A DNA stretch of 64,000 bases from an uncultured Acidobacteriota bacterium (lineage in GTDB: Bacteria; Acidobacteriota; UBA6911), in assembly GCA_963827655.1 (NCBI GenBank), contig CAWHCF010000026.1:64001-128000 (forward strand), read 5' to 3'. Below, in pieces: positions 1 through 11,412 of the stretch; the first letter of the stretch is position 1, and each line of letters starts with the position of its first letter. The notes below the pieces were generated by a model. The model made no database searches. It saw only the letters and a program-made list of their open reading frames with translations, and was not told where the DNA came from. The position numbers were made by a program, and so were the translations under genes.

Positions 1-933
1 TTGGCGCAGGTACTCCGCCGGGACGAGCTGTTGGTCCCGCCAGCGGCCCTCGCGCAAAAGCAGATACGCAAAGCGCAGCATGTCGGTGGGACGCGGAGCG
101 ATTCCGCCGCCGCCGCACGTGTGGGTCAACTCGGGCCGGCGGTAACCCCAACCCCAGCGGCCCCAGCCCATGGGTGCGGCGAGACGCTCACCAACGAAGC
201 GCTCGAGCTCCATCCCCGTCAAATGGCGCAGAATGACGGAAACCAGATGAATGGAAGAGGACGCGTAGGAGTATCCTTCGCCCGGCCTGGTCCAGAGCGT
301 GATCGCGTTGCGCTCGCCGCTCTCTCTGCCAAAGGCCATCGCATCGCGGCACGAGGGCCATCCGTCGGGACCGGCCGGATCGAGCTGCACCGGGCGTCCG
401 TACACGTAGCCAGGATTGTTGCCGCGAATTCCGGCCGTCATCGCGAGCAACTGTCCCAACTTGATTTCCGCTTTGGCAGGATCGGTCAGCGGGAATGCCT
501 CCGGCGGCAGATACCGCTCGTTATAGATTTTCTGGTCCAGACCGTCAGGAAACAGGTTGGGACGCTCGCTCAGGAGAATGCCCATGGCGATGCTGGTGAA
601 CGACTTGCCGCAAGACGCGGTGTTCGGCGTCGCCTCCCGGTTTCCCCGGCCGAAGTACTTTTCGTACACCAGCCATCCATTGCGCGCGACCAGCAGTCCG
701 CCATGCTTCGTACTGCCCTGTATGTACTTGAACGCCTCGTCAAGTTTGGCGATGTCCATGCCGGACAGGCGGCGCGCTTCGGCTGCGCCGGAAGGCTTGC
801 GCCAACCGCCTTGCGTGTCAGGAGGAGGGAAGTAATCGGCGGCGGGCAGGACGGAGGAGAAGAGGATCGCACAAGCAAGGACTCGCGCGCTTGTCCGCGC
901 CAGGCGATCGTGGATTGCGCTTGACTGGTTCAT
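1..933 (-). CDS. Serine hydrolase, beta-lactamase/AmpC-like family (runs off window)
   Basis: Manual translation: MNQSSAIHDRLARTSARVLACAILFSS (signal-like), DYFPPPDTQGGWRK...GGLLVARNGWLVYEKYFG...NTASCGKSFTS (SxxK). Not in the ORF track because no stop falls inside the window. Confidence 0.8.
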   Translation of the reverse strand, partial: MNQSSAIHDRLARTSARVLACAILFSSVLPAADYFPPPDTQGGWRKPSGAAEARRLSGMDIAKLDEAFKYIQGSTKHGGLLVARNGWLVYEKYFGRGNREATPNTASCGKSFTSIAMGILLSERPNLFPDGLDQKIYNERYLPPEAFPLTDPAKAEIKLGQLLAMTAGIRGNNPGYVYGRPVQLDPAGPDGWPSCRDAMAFGRESGERNAITLWTRPGEGYSYASSSIHLVSVILRHLTGMELERFVGERLAAPMGWGRWGWGYRRPELTHTCGGGGIAPRPTDMLRFAYLLLREGRWRDQQLVPAEYLRQ

Positions 934-951
934 GCTGGCATTGCTCCTCAA

Positions 952-2672
952 TCATTCGGGCTTGGCAACGATAATCTTCACTTCAGCCGAACGAGACTCA
1001 CCGGCGCCGTCATGCACTTTCCATTGAAGCCGGTCCGTTCCGGAGAAACCCGGACGAGGCGTGTAGGTGAGGTCGTTGCCTGCTCCAGAAACCTCGCCGT
1101 TACGGGGGCGAGCAACAATCGAGACAGTATAGGGACCGGGCCCGCCGTCCGGATCCGTATAGCTCAGTTGAACTCCGACGGGTCGGTTCATCGCTGTGGT
1201 GACGGTCGAGTTCTCAACCTCCGGCGGCCTGTTGACACGTGGCGGTGGGCCGGCGATCGGAGGGGAGCGAAGGTCGGGCGCGGCGACACAACCGGCCCAC
1301 GCAGCTTCGCATACAGGGCCACCTCCGGACCGAGTCCTTCGGGCTTTCGCCAATCCTGGTCGCCTCCATCGGTCTTCAGTCCCGGCTGATCGACGATTCG
1401 TCCGGTGACGCAGTCGAGCCACTTCAAATCGTAAACGCCCGCCCTGGTCTGCCCGGCGCCCAGTGACGACCTGGCGTCGCTGGAGTAGAGAATGTAACCG
1501 GCTTCCGGCGCCGACAAGACATATTCCGTCTCCGCGCGTTTGAGTTCGTCCGCGGGAACCATGCCGCGGAAATCGGCGGCCTCGAAGAACCGCTGAAGCC
1601 GCCGGCAGTCGGCCAGCCATTCCTCCGGAGTGTTCGCTCCATCCATGCCGAGCACCATCACGTAGGCTCCCGCCATCGCCGCCGCCCAGTTTCGCTGGCG
1701 CACCGCGGTCCGGTCGCCCTTCTTGCACAGCGCCCCGTGCACTTGGTCCTCGGACATGTTCAGGCTATACCGGCCGCCGGCCGATCGCCAGGCCTCGACG
1801 AGCCAGGTGTGGAAGGCCGCCGTGGTCTGGACGCTGGGTGCGTGGGTCTGGATGGCGAACTGCGAGATGTTCGGGTCATCGGCATGGAAGAACGTGTTAC
1901 CGGCCAGCTGGTGGCTGGCAATGACATGATCGTGATCGTCGGCCTCGCGAATCGCCTCGGCCAAGGCCGAGACATGCCGTCTCCAATCGGCGCCGATCTC
2001 CTGGGCCTCCTCCATGACGCACCAGATGAGGTTACGGTGGTGCTGAAACCGCTTTACCAGCGCCTGGATGAACTTCTTCTCTTCCGGGTGCAGGCGGCCC
2101 TGTGGGTCGAGTTTCCAGCCGAACTGTTTGGCGACATTGATCGCGTCATCGTAGAAGAAAAAGTAGATGACAATGCCGCTACGATCCATTTCAGAGAACC
2201 ACGTTTCCCACTGGTTAAGAATCGCCTCGTTCAGACCGCTGCGCGGATCCTGACCGTTCCAGGGATTGTGAAGGTCGTCGGGCCAGATCGATGGCGATTC
2301 TTTAGCATCTATGCGGGCGTCGCCCCCGTGCGTTCGCACGGAGATCATGTAGATGCCGTTGCCGCCATGCCGCGCGAGCTTGCGGATGATTGCCGTCTGG
2401 TCGCCGTCCCGCGTGCCGTCAGGATTGCGCTTGCCCCGATAAAGAAACCCTTCCGGATCACCAATGGCTGCGAGAAAGAAGGGCCCGCCTCCGTGGCGTC
2501 TCAACCACGACCGGTTCCCGGTATCAACGACAATCTGCCCATCCAGGGGCTGCTTCTCGCGTGGGGTCGGCGCCTGGGTGGCGAGCAAACTCAACGATGC
2601 GCCGGGAGAGTCATTGCCGGCGGCGTATAGCGCCAATATTGACAGCGCCAGGCAAACAAGACGTTTCAGCAT
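952..2672 (-). CDS. Secreted putative glycoside-hydrolase-like (DUF4038-like) protein with C-terminal Ig-like (Big_9/cadherin-like) domain; frameshift near 1270
   Basis: ORF 1188..2672 has a signal peptide and FHHRNLIWCVMEE / AIREADDHDHVIASH. The C-terminal part of ORF 952..1728 reads NRPPEV...YTDPDG...LTYTPRPGFSGTDRLQWKVHDG. Confidence 0.6.
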
Positions 2673-2980
2673 ATCAAGAGCTCGGACGAAGGCCCATCTG
2701 CCTCACGGTCGCCGCGGCTTTGATCGGCCTGAAAGTTCGCGTCAAGGCCCGGTTTTGTTGCTCCATCGGGTAGCTTCCTCGCAGGCAACGGCAGCTTCTC
2801 GTGCCACACGTAGCCGGGCTGGAGGCGTGCCTTATCCAGGAAAGGGAACACGTCGAATCTAACGAAGCGGTTGACATCCTCGACGAGGTCGTCATGGAAT
2901 TGACGCACCCAGCCCAGATCGCGAGTGCTATAGCTCACGAAAAGGTCATACTCGTACCCGTGTGGATGTCCAGAGGCCAT
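2666..2980 (-). pseudogene. Truncated TIR-domain gene
   Basis: YEYDLFVSYSTRDLGWVRQFHDDL...PFLDKARLQPGYVW matches the TIR betaA-alphaA-betaB start; similarity is lost after about 60 aa. Confidence 0.6.
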
Positions 2981-3043
2981 GATGGAGACGCCGAGGTGCC
3001 GCATTATACTTTGGACTTACCGAAGCGGCAACCGGCGTGGCCC

Positions 3044-3323
3044 TTTGGAGCGCAAGCTTGCTTGCGCCAGGCCCGTAGGGCCGACAGTGCGTAGCCCCGG
3101 CCGTAAGGCCGGGGGACAGCAAGACCCGTAGTCCGAGGGCCGAAGGCCCGGCACTGCGACACAGGTTTTGTGCCGGTCCTTCGGACCTCCATGCCATCTG
3201 GACCACAAGCCACGCCCTGACGGGCGTGGCTACTCACTGCCGGGCCTTCGGCCCTGGCTACCAGCACGCGAGCTTCTGTGCCTGTGAAATGTCCAAACTC
3301 CAATGCGCAAGCTTGCTTGCGCC
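3044..3323. repeat. Nested REP/REPIN-like palindromic element
   Basis: GCGCAAGCTTGCTTGCGCC at 3050 and 3305. Inside is an inverted pair of GTAG-hairpins: GTAG-CCCCGGCC-GTAA-GGCCGGGG (3091-3114) and, on the minus strand, GTAG-CCACGCCC-GTCA-GGGCGTGG (3209-3233). Confidence 0.7.
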
Positions 3324-3370
3324 GTGTGCGCGGAACGACCAAATCTCGAGGCGCGCGTGTGACCCGCGAG

Positions 3371-6095
3371 CTAGTCACTTCTCAGGGTCTGCGCGGGATC
3401 GATCCGCGCCGCTCGGATGGCCGGAGGCAGGGCCGCCATCAGAGCCACGCCGGCCAACGTGAAAATCGGCATCACGAACATGGCAAAGTCGGTGGCCTTC
3501 ACCTCAAACAACAGGGCCTCGATCAAACGGCCGCTTGCCAGACCTCCTGCCAGTCCGATGGCGGAGCCGAGGCAAATCATCACGGCGATCTCGGTCGTCA
3601 CCCGGCGCAAGATGTGAGCCGATCGCGCGCCTAGCGCCATCCGGATGCTGATGTCGCGCCGCTGGCGGGTTACCGAATAGTTGAGGACGCCATACAATCC
3701 AACGGCCGCCAGCACGAGAGCCACGAGGGCGAAGAACAGTGACAGCGCAGCGAGCATCCGTTCGCGCACCAGCTTCGAGCGAATGAAGTTATCCTGGGGC
3801 TGGATGGCGTGGACGCGGACATCGGAGCGGGCCCGGGAAGCTTCGCGGCGCAGAATGGGGGCCAACGCCTGGGGATCACCAGCGATGCGCGCCAGGAATG
3901 TGATGTGCTGCCGCTGCGCCATGGGCACGTATACCGTGGGAGGGACGGCTTCGCGCAGGTCGCGATACGCGGCATCTCCGACGTAGCCGACGATTTCCAT
4001 CGGCGCGGATAGATCCTTACTCTGGCGGACATCCACGGATCTGCCCACGGGATTTGCGCCGTTGAAGTACGTGCGGGCGAAGGCTTCATTCACGATTCCG
4101 ACTCCGGGCAGAGGCTGACCCGAAGCGTGCAGGCGCGGTGGAAGGTCGCCAGGTCGAACGTCCCGTCCATCGATCAGCCGGATGCGCATGGTTTCGAAGA
4201 ATCCCGGGGATACCTCGAGGAAATAGGGTTGGCGAGGCTCGACGGGGCGGCCGGGAAGCCGCACTGCGAAGGTCAAGCTGTTCCCAGACAACAGTGGCCA
4301 TCCTGCCAGCGAGACGGACTGCACGCCGGGCGTCCGGCGAAGGTGATCTGCGACGCGCATCCAAGCCTCGGCTGGCTGTTCCCGCGCGTGGGCCGAAGCG
4401 TCTATGATCAGAACCCGTTCGGCCGTGAATCCCAGGGGCCGGTTCGACAGACGGTGGAAGGTGTTGAGAAAAAGCCCGGCGACGAACAGCACCAGGACGC
4501 AGAAGGCAACCTGAGCGGCCAGCAACGCCCTCATGAGCCGGCCGCGCGCACGAGGATCATCGGCGCCTTTGAGCGCAGTGATCGGTTGGACAGCCGAGGC
4601 TCGGAATGCGGGAGCGAGTCCAAAGAGCAGCGTGACCAGGAACGCGAGTGCAACGCTGAACGCCACTTCGCGCCAGCTGGTAGCGAGAATCAGCCGAACG
4701 GGATCGCCGGGTAGGCGAAGCATGGACACGACCAGCGGCGCGGCCCATGATGCAAACAGCGCGCCGAGCGCCGAGGCGCTGATCGCGAGCAATGCGCTTT
4801 CCACCAGGACCAGTTGGATCAGCCGCCACCGCCCTGCCCCGATAGAGACGCGCAATGCCATCTCCCGTGTGCGAGCCGCAGCTTGGGCTGTCAGCAGATT
4901 CGCCACATTGGCGCAGGCAATCAGGAGAACCAGGACGACCAGCAAGCTCAGGATCACCAGAGGGCGGCGATATTGCTTTTGGAGGCGGCCTGCGCCTGCG
5001 GCCGCCGGCAATAAAAGAACCTCCTCTTTGAGGAAGGCATCGATCACCCGGCTCGGTGTGTCGGAGTGAAATTCCTTCAGGCGCTCGCGGTGTTCATGGG
5101 TGAAAGCCGCCTGCAGAGATTGACGAACCTGCTCGGGCGACACTCCCGGGTGCGGACGTACCCAGATGCGAAAATCTAACCAGCCGGGATTATTGATCGC
5201 CCCGGCGTTCATCATGGCCGGAAGAAAGACGTCGGTCACCTCGCCGGGCTCCGTTCCGGTGAAGCCTTGGGGCGCCACGCCGACGATCTCCAACCGGTCA
5301 TTTCCCATATTGCCTGCGCCAATCTGGCGAATACGGAACGTCTTCCCGAGCACGCCCGGGTCGCGACCGAAGCGGCGCGTCCAGTAGTTGTAGCTGAGCA
5401 CGGCCACCGGATGCGCGCCGGGTGTGAGATCGTCGTCAGGCATGAGCAGGCGGCCGAGAGCCGGCTGGAGTCCGAAGATCCCGAAAACGTTGCCGGAGAC
5501 CCATTGACGGTAAAGTTTTTCGGTCTCATCGCCGGCCCCGAACGCAACGTCCCGCGGGAGGCTCATGCCGACTACCATCACATCTGCGCGATTTCCTACC
5601 GTTTCGTGATAGCGCCGAAAAGTCGGATAGTCGAACGCGTCACGATAGTCGGGGCGGCCTTCGCGATCGACGAAAGTGGTAGCAATAAAGAACAGGCGCT
5701 CCGGTTCCGCTACCGGTAAGGTGCGCAACAGCACGGCGTCAACCAGGCGGAACGCCGCGGTGGTGGCGCCGATGGCGAGTGCAAGCGAGAGGATCGCGGC
5801 GGCGCTAGCCGTGCGATGCTTGTTCAACTGCCGCCATCCGAAGACAACATCCGACACCAACGCGTCGAGCGCATGGAAGGCCTCGCTGATCCCGATACGC
5901 TTCCTTCGTTGCCTCCAGTGAGCCAAACTTCAGCAGCGCCTGGCGGCGAGCCTCGGACGGGGACAGGCCGGATTTCAGGTAGTCCTCGGTCAACAGCGCA
6001 ATGTGTTCCTCGAGCTCCTCTCGCAGGCGCTGCTCCTGTTGCCGCCAGGTGAGCAGCGCGCTCAGCCGCGCCAGCAACCGTTTCAGCGCTCTCAT
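3371..6095 (-). CDS. ADOP-type duplicated MacB/FtsX ABC permease with permease-prefix domain; frameshift near 5880
   Basis: N-terminus MRALKRLLARL...REELEEHIALL...EARRQALLKFG (in ORF 5805..6155) joins ORF 3371..5926 with LSLALAIGATTAAF, LLIACANVANLL, REMALRVSIGA, RRDISIRMALGA. Confidence 0.9.
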
Positions 6096-6448
6096 GGCAG
6101 GTCCTCCGCTTTCACGGTGAAGAAGCGGCCGATGATGGCTGTCGTCTGTTCCCAATGGCGGGTCTCGGCCCGGAGCTGGCTACGTCCAGCGCGTGTCAGC
6201 CGGTAGAAGCGCGCCTTGCGGTTCTTCTCGGAGGCGCCCCACTCGGACGCGATCGCGCCCTCCTGCTCGAGCTTCAGCAGTACCGGATACAGAGTCCCCT
6301 GGTTAACGGAGAGAAGGTCCCCGCTGATCTGCTCGATGCGCCGGGCGATACCGTAGCCATGGAGCGGTCCCAGCACATCCAGCGTCTTGAGGACCATCAG
6401 CGCCAGGGTGCCTTGCCGAACGTCGGTCTTTTCTTTCATTGCCGCCAT
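6092..6448 (-). CDS. padR: PadR-family regulator (acidobacterial type)
   Basis: QGTLALMVLKTL..GPLHGYGIARRIEQISGDLLSVNQGTLYPVLLKLEQEG..RKARFYRLT; stop overlaps the permease start. Confidence 0.92.
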   Translation of the reverse strand: MAAMKEKTDVRQGTLALMVLKTLDVLGPLHGYGIARRIEQISGDLLSVNQGTLYPVLLKLEQEGAIASEWGASEKNRKARFYRLTRAGRSQLRAETRHWEQTTAIIGRFFTVKAEDLP

Positions 6449-6501
6449 CCTTTGGGTTTCCAACAGGAATCATAGCGCACTTCTTTTGGGAAACCAACAG
6501 G
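6449..6501. promoter_or_regulatory. Two imperfect palindromic boxes, candidate PadR operators
   Basis: TTTGGGtttCCAACAGG (6451-6467) and TTTGGGaaaCCAACAGG (6485-6501) lie directly upstream of padR. Confidence 0.55.
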
Positions 6502-6761
6502 TAAGTCAGAATGGCCCAGTTCGGCCGGGAATCGGAATCGCGCCTGTGAGAAGATGTTTGGGCGTGGCGCTCATCGTCGTCCGTCGCGGAATCCGGGCTG
6601 CTGGTGGAAGATCCTCAAGACCTGTCGACAAACGGCCAGGCAGGCTGCCTTTACTCGCGAAGCAACCGTCAGTGGAAACATCCGATTTCGACGGGTGGAA
6701 GCTCAGAGGGTCGCACGCAGAAGGGCAGGTTTCCCTCAAGAAGCTGTTCGGCTGATAGCCT

Positions 6762-8360
6762 TCAGCGAGCTGGCGCGGCGCTTGTCGGGCTGGCAAACCG
6801 TCGAAAGAAGCTCGCGTCGTTCCAGCGAGGGCGCGACTCGCGATTGGCGATCTCCTCGACGGCTCGAGCGTAGAGCCGGTTAAAGTCGGCGGCCGCCTTC
6901 AAATCTACCGGCTGATTCACGTCGTCCGAGGGCGCGTGGTAGCGCTCCTTGCGCCAGCGCTGGACGTACTCGTGCTCGGGCGAGCCCTTGATGAAGCCGA
7001 CCTTCAGCGAGAGAGCGGGAACCCCCTTCCTGATGAAGCTGTACTGGTCGCTGCGGGTGAAGGCATTGCGTTCCGGCTCCGGGTCGGAGAGGACCTGAAC
7101 ACCGAGCGCACTCGCCACCTTTCTCAGGTCGCCGGCGAGGTCCGACTCTTCCAGGCCCTGCACGATGAGACTGGTAAGCGGGAAGAAGGGAGAAAACATG
7201 TCCGTGTTCAGGTTCGCGACGATGCCCTCACGCGGCACCGTCGGATGGGCGGCGTAGTAGCGGGAACCCAGAAGGCCTTTCTCTTCGGCGGTCACGGCCA
7301 GAAAGACCACGGACCGGCGCAGGCGCGTCTTGCTTTCCTTGAGCAGGCGAGCCGTCTCGATAAGGGTGGCGATTCCCGAAGCGTTATCCATGGCGCCGTT
7401 GTAAATCTCATCCCCGTTGATGGGCTTGCCCACGCCCACATGATCCAGGTGCGCCGACAAGACCACGTACTCTCCCTTGAGCCTGGGATCGGACCCGGGG
7501 AGGACCCCGACCACGTTCGGGGATTCCCGTTCCTCGCGGACAAAGCTCACGGTCGCGAGCACCGACCCGGCTATCGGAAAACGAGGGAGCGGCTTTCTCT
7601 CCTTGGCTGCCGCCAGCAGGTTCATGAATTCGTGGCCGGTCCCGCCGAAGAGCCTGGCCGCGTGCTCCGGGTTGAATGTCACCGAGAGCTGCAGTCCAGG
7701 GGTTTCATGGAGGTCCGGGTCACTCAACTCCATGGCCGGAAGGAATCGCGCCAGCTTCGAGCGCTCCCAGGGCACGTCCTGGCCCTGCGGATTCTGAATC
7801 GCGATGATGCCGGTAGCTCCAGCGCGCTTGAGGGAACTCCAGCGTTCCCCGGCGGCTTGATAGTGAGCCAGTAATGGGCCGGGGATATGCGTGGGCCCGC
7901 CGGTAAAGTACACCGCTACCTTGCCGCGCAGGTCGAGCCCGGCCAGGTCGTCGTAACCCACCTCCGGTACTCTAAGGCCGTAGCCGGCGAAGACCAGGGG
8001 CGCCTCGACCTGTGGCGGGGGCTCGACCCGCATGCTGAAGACGGCTTGCTCGCCGAGCAGGACCGGCTCCCGTTTGCCGTCGCGGACGATCGTGAGGCTC
8101 GACTTTTCTTCCACGATGCGACGCGCGCGAAAGGAGATCGGCTGCATGTATCCTGCGGTCCCGGCAGGCGCGAGCCCGGCCGCGGCGAACTGCTGAGCGA
8201 CGTACTCAGCGGCACGTCGATGCTCCGGCGTGCCGGTCTCCCGCCCGCGCAGCTCATCGGAGGCAAGGAACTTGACGTGCGACCACCAGCGCTCGCCGTC
8301 CCGGTTTTCCAACGCGGCGAGGCTGGCAAGCCAGAGCATAAAGAAGGATAGTGTCTTCAT
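6762..8360 (-). CDS. M28 family metallopeptidase with PA domain
   Basis: Signal peptide MKTLSFFMLWLASLAA; LASDELRGRETGT, SAHLDHVG, NGAMDNASG, TAEEKGLLGS, RSDQYSF, YHAPSDD. Confidence 0.92.
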   Translation of the reverse strand: MKTLSFFMLWLASLAALENRDGERWWSHVKFLASDELRGRETGTPEHRRAAEYVAQQFAAAGLAPAGTAGYMQPISFRARRIVEEKSSLTIVRDGKREPVLLGEQAVFSMRVEPPPQVEAPLVFAGYGLRVPEVGYDDLAGLDLRGKVAVYFTGGPTHIPGPLLAHYQAAGERWSSLKRAGATGIIAIQNPQGQDVPWERSKLARFLPAMELSDPDLHETPGLQLSVTFNPEHAARLFGGTGHEFMNLLAAAKERKPLPRFPIAGSVLATVSFVREERESPNVVGVLPGSDPRLKGEYVVLSAHLDHVGVGKPINGDEIYNGAMDNASGIATLIETARLLKESKTRLRRSVVFLAVTAEEKGLLGSRYYAAHPTVPREGIVANLNTDMFSPFFPLTSLIVQGLEESDLAGDLRKVASALGVQVLSDPEPERNAFTRSDQYSFIRKGVPALSLKVGFIKGSPEHEYVQRWRKERYHAPSDDVNQPVDLKAAADFNRLYARAVEEIANRESRPRWNDASFFRRFASPTSAAPAR

Positions 8361-8466
8361 CGGCGTGCTCCTCAGGACACCTGACCTTAGCATGACTTTG
8401 AATGGCAGGGAAAGACAACGAGGCTCTCTTCGCCTCCTGGCGGTAATGATCAGAGATTCCCGTAAA

Positions 8467-8691
8467 TCATCCGGCCGCGGCAATTTTGCCGTCACGAATC
8501 AGGACGACACCTTTCTCTATGGGATTTGATTCCGGCGAGGGGTAAATTTTCGCGTCTACGAGCGCGATGGAGTCAGCGGAGGTTCTGCCGGCCTGCTCGG
8601 GACGCGAGCGGGGCGGAAAAAGGCTGCACACCGCCAGCAGAAACAATCCGGCCGTGACCGGGAGCGTGCTGCGCGAAGTCTGTTCGTTCAT
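8467..8691 (-). pseudogene. N-terminal fragment of a secreted amidohydrolase
   Basis: Signal peptide, then IALVDAKIYPSP..PIEKGVVLIRDGKIAAAG and a stop; no continuation before the next gene. Confidence 0.6.
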
Positions 8692-8804
8692 AGTTGCTCC
8701 GAAAGGCGCCGGCTGTGTTTACGGTCAGAGCCCACCGGAGGTTCCGTGAAAGAAAGCGCAATCCGATCCGCCCGGCTAGGACAGAACCTACACTGCCCAA
8801 CGGT

Positions 8805-8893
8805 TGACCAATGACCAATGACCAATGACCAATGACATGACGGCGCCAAACCTCCCATTGGTCATTTTTCATTGGTCATTTTCATTTTTCATT
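8805..8893. repeat. Heptamer tandem repeat with inverted arm
   Basis: (TGACCAA)x4 followed by CATTGGT/CATTTTT units. Confidence 0.85.
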
Positions 8894-8971
8894 CAATCGA
8901 CCCGTAAATTCTTTGCTTTTTGTGGTGATCGGCGGGAACCGGAGGTGAACTTTCTTTCGTTCTAGGCAGAC

Positions 8972-11393
8972 ATGAACTGGACACAGGACCTTCGCTTTGC
9001 GTTTCGGATGATCCGCAAGAATCCGTGGTTTTCGGCGGCCATCGTGATGACCCTCGCCGTGGGGATGGGCGTCAACACCACGGTGTTCAGCCTGGTCAAC
9101 GGCGTGCTGTACAAGCCGCTCCCCTTTCCGGGCGGCGAGCGGCTTGTGATGGTGTCGGCCGACAACGTCTCACGCGCTCGGGACTTCGTGAACATGTCCT
9201 ACCCGGACTTTCGCGACTTCCGAGAGGCGGCGAACGCGTTCGAGCACCTGGAAGCCTTTACCGGCGAACCGATGAGCCTGGGCGAACGCGGAAATCCGCC
9301 GCAGCGCTATCGAGGGATGCGGCTCAGCGCGGGCATGTTCGAGATGCTGCGTGTGACGCCGGTCCTCGGCCGCGGTTTTGTCGCTTCCGACGAGAAGGCG
9401 GGAGCCGGAGCGGTTGTGCTGCTCGGGCACGGAGTCTGGAAGGAGCGTTACGGGAAGGATGCCGGTGTCATCGGGCGAGCCGTGCGCATCAACGAAAAGC
9501 CGGCGGTCATTGCCGGCGTCATGCCGGAGGGTTTCAAATTCCCGAACAATGAAGATTTATGGATGCCGGCCGTTCCCGATGCGCAGCTCGAGCGCCGGGA
9601 CAACCGCAGATTCAGGCTGGTTGGGATTCTGAAAGAAGGCCGTTCGATCGCCGAAGCCCAGGCCGACCTGGGCGTGGTGGCGCACCGCCTGCAACAGCAG
9701 TTTCCCGACAGCCACAAGGACCACGGGATACGCGTCCAGACCTTCCATGAGGTGATGAACGGCGGGACCATCCGGCTGGTCTTTTTACTCATGCTGGGGG
9801 CGGTCGGCTTCGTCCTCCTGATCGCCTGCGCGAACGTGGCGAACATGCTGCTGAGCCGCGCGGTCAATCGCGCCCGGGAAGTTTCAATCCGGGCGGCGCT
9901 CGGCGCCGGCCGCTGGCGGATCATCCGGCAGCTCCTGATCGAGAGCGTCGTCCTTGCGCTGCTGGGCGGGTTGCTGGGCCTGTTTCTGGCGCGCTGGGGA
10001 ATCCATGGTTTCTCGCTGGCCGTGGAGAATGTGGGCAAGCCGTACTGGGTCGAATTCTCCATGGACTACGTGGTGTTTGGATATTTCGCCGCGATCATCG
10101 TGCTGTCGGGGATCGTCTTCGGCCTTGCCCCGGCACTGCAGACGTCGAGGGTGGATCTCAGCCAGGCGCTGAAGGAGGGCGCGCGCAGCGCAGGCGGAAG
10201 TCACGGCGGCTTTGTAACGGGCGCGCTGGTGGTGGTCCAGTTCACGCTGGCCGTTGTGCTGCTGAGCGGCGCCGGACTGATGATGCGCAGCTTCCTGCTG
10301 GCGCAGGACGAGTTTTCCTTTCTGCATGGCGAGCGGGTCCTGGCGGCGCGAGTCGGGCTCCCGGAGAGCCGGTATCCGAAACCCGAAGACAGGCAGCAGT
10401 TCTACGAGAAACTCGTGGGGCGGCTGGGATCTCTGCCGGGAGCGCAGGTGGTCTCGTTCGTATCGAATGTTCCGAATGGCGGCTCGGCCGGATGGAGGTT
10501 TGAGCTGGAGGGGCAGGCCATTCCCGAAGCCGAGCGCCGGCCCGCCGCGGCGGGTGTGGTGGCATCGAAAGATTATTTCCGGCTGCTCGGCCTCGCCGTG
10601 GTGCGGGGGCGTGAATTCGAAGACTATGACGGACTGCCGGGCAAGGAAGCGGCGATCGTGAGCCAGCAATTTGTGGCCCGCCACTACCCAAACCAGGATC
10701 CTATCGGTAAACGGCTGCGCCTGTTCGGTCCAAAAAACGAGCCCAAGGCCTGGATGACCATCATCGGGGTGGTGCCGGGCTTCAGGCAGAACGATCCCAG
10801 CAATCCCACGAACGACTCGCAGGTATTTGTCCCGCACCGCTTCGACAGTTACGCGGGAATGACGATTTTGATTCGAACCCAGGGCGCGCCCGCCTCGCTG
10901 GCGCAGGCAGTCCGGAGCGAGGTTCAGTTGCTGGACGAAGACCTGCCGCTTTTTAATGTGGAATCGCTCGAGGATTACTTCCGCCGCGCCAGGTGGCAGT
11001 GGCGGGTGTTCGGAACTTTGTTCCTGATCTTCGCGGTCGTTGCCCTGGGGATGGCTGCGGTCGGGATCTACGCGGTGATGGCGCACGGCACGAGTCGCCG
11101 GACGCAGGAGATCGGAATCCGGCTGGCTCTGGGAGCCGGATTTGGCGATATCATGCGGCTGGTCCTGCGCCGGGGATTGCTGCAACTCACTTCTGGGTAT
11201 GGTCCTCGGGGTGAGCGCGGCTCTGGCCGTCTGTCAATTGATGGCGCGGCTCTTGTTCAAGGTCTCACCGCGGGACCCGATAACGTTCGCGCTTGTTGCG
11301 ATAGCGCTGGCGACGGCGGGGCTGCTGGCCTGCTGGATACCGGCGCGCAGGGCAGCAAGACTCAACCCGGTGCGCGCGTTGAGATACGAGTGA
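8972..11393 (+). CDS. ADOP-type duplicated MacB/FtsX ABC permease; frameshift near 11190
   Basis: QDLRFAFRMIRKNPWFS, LLIACANVANMLL, RTQEIGIRLALGA. The true C-terminus ACWIPARRAARLNPVRALRYE is in ORF 11142..11393. Confidence 0.92.
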
Positions 11394-11412
11394 GAGGCGT
11401 GGAAAAAAGAGT

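Noticed and set aside
1-924. 307-aa plus-strand ORF
   Set aside because: Antisense shadow of the minus-strand serine hydrolase; no motifs.
6387-6796. Several short ORFs between padR and the M28 peptidase
   Set aside because: No recognisable motif in any frame; cannot be supported.
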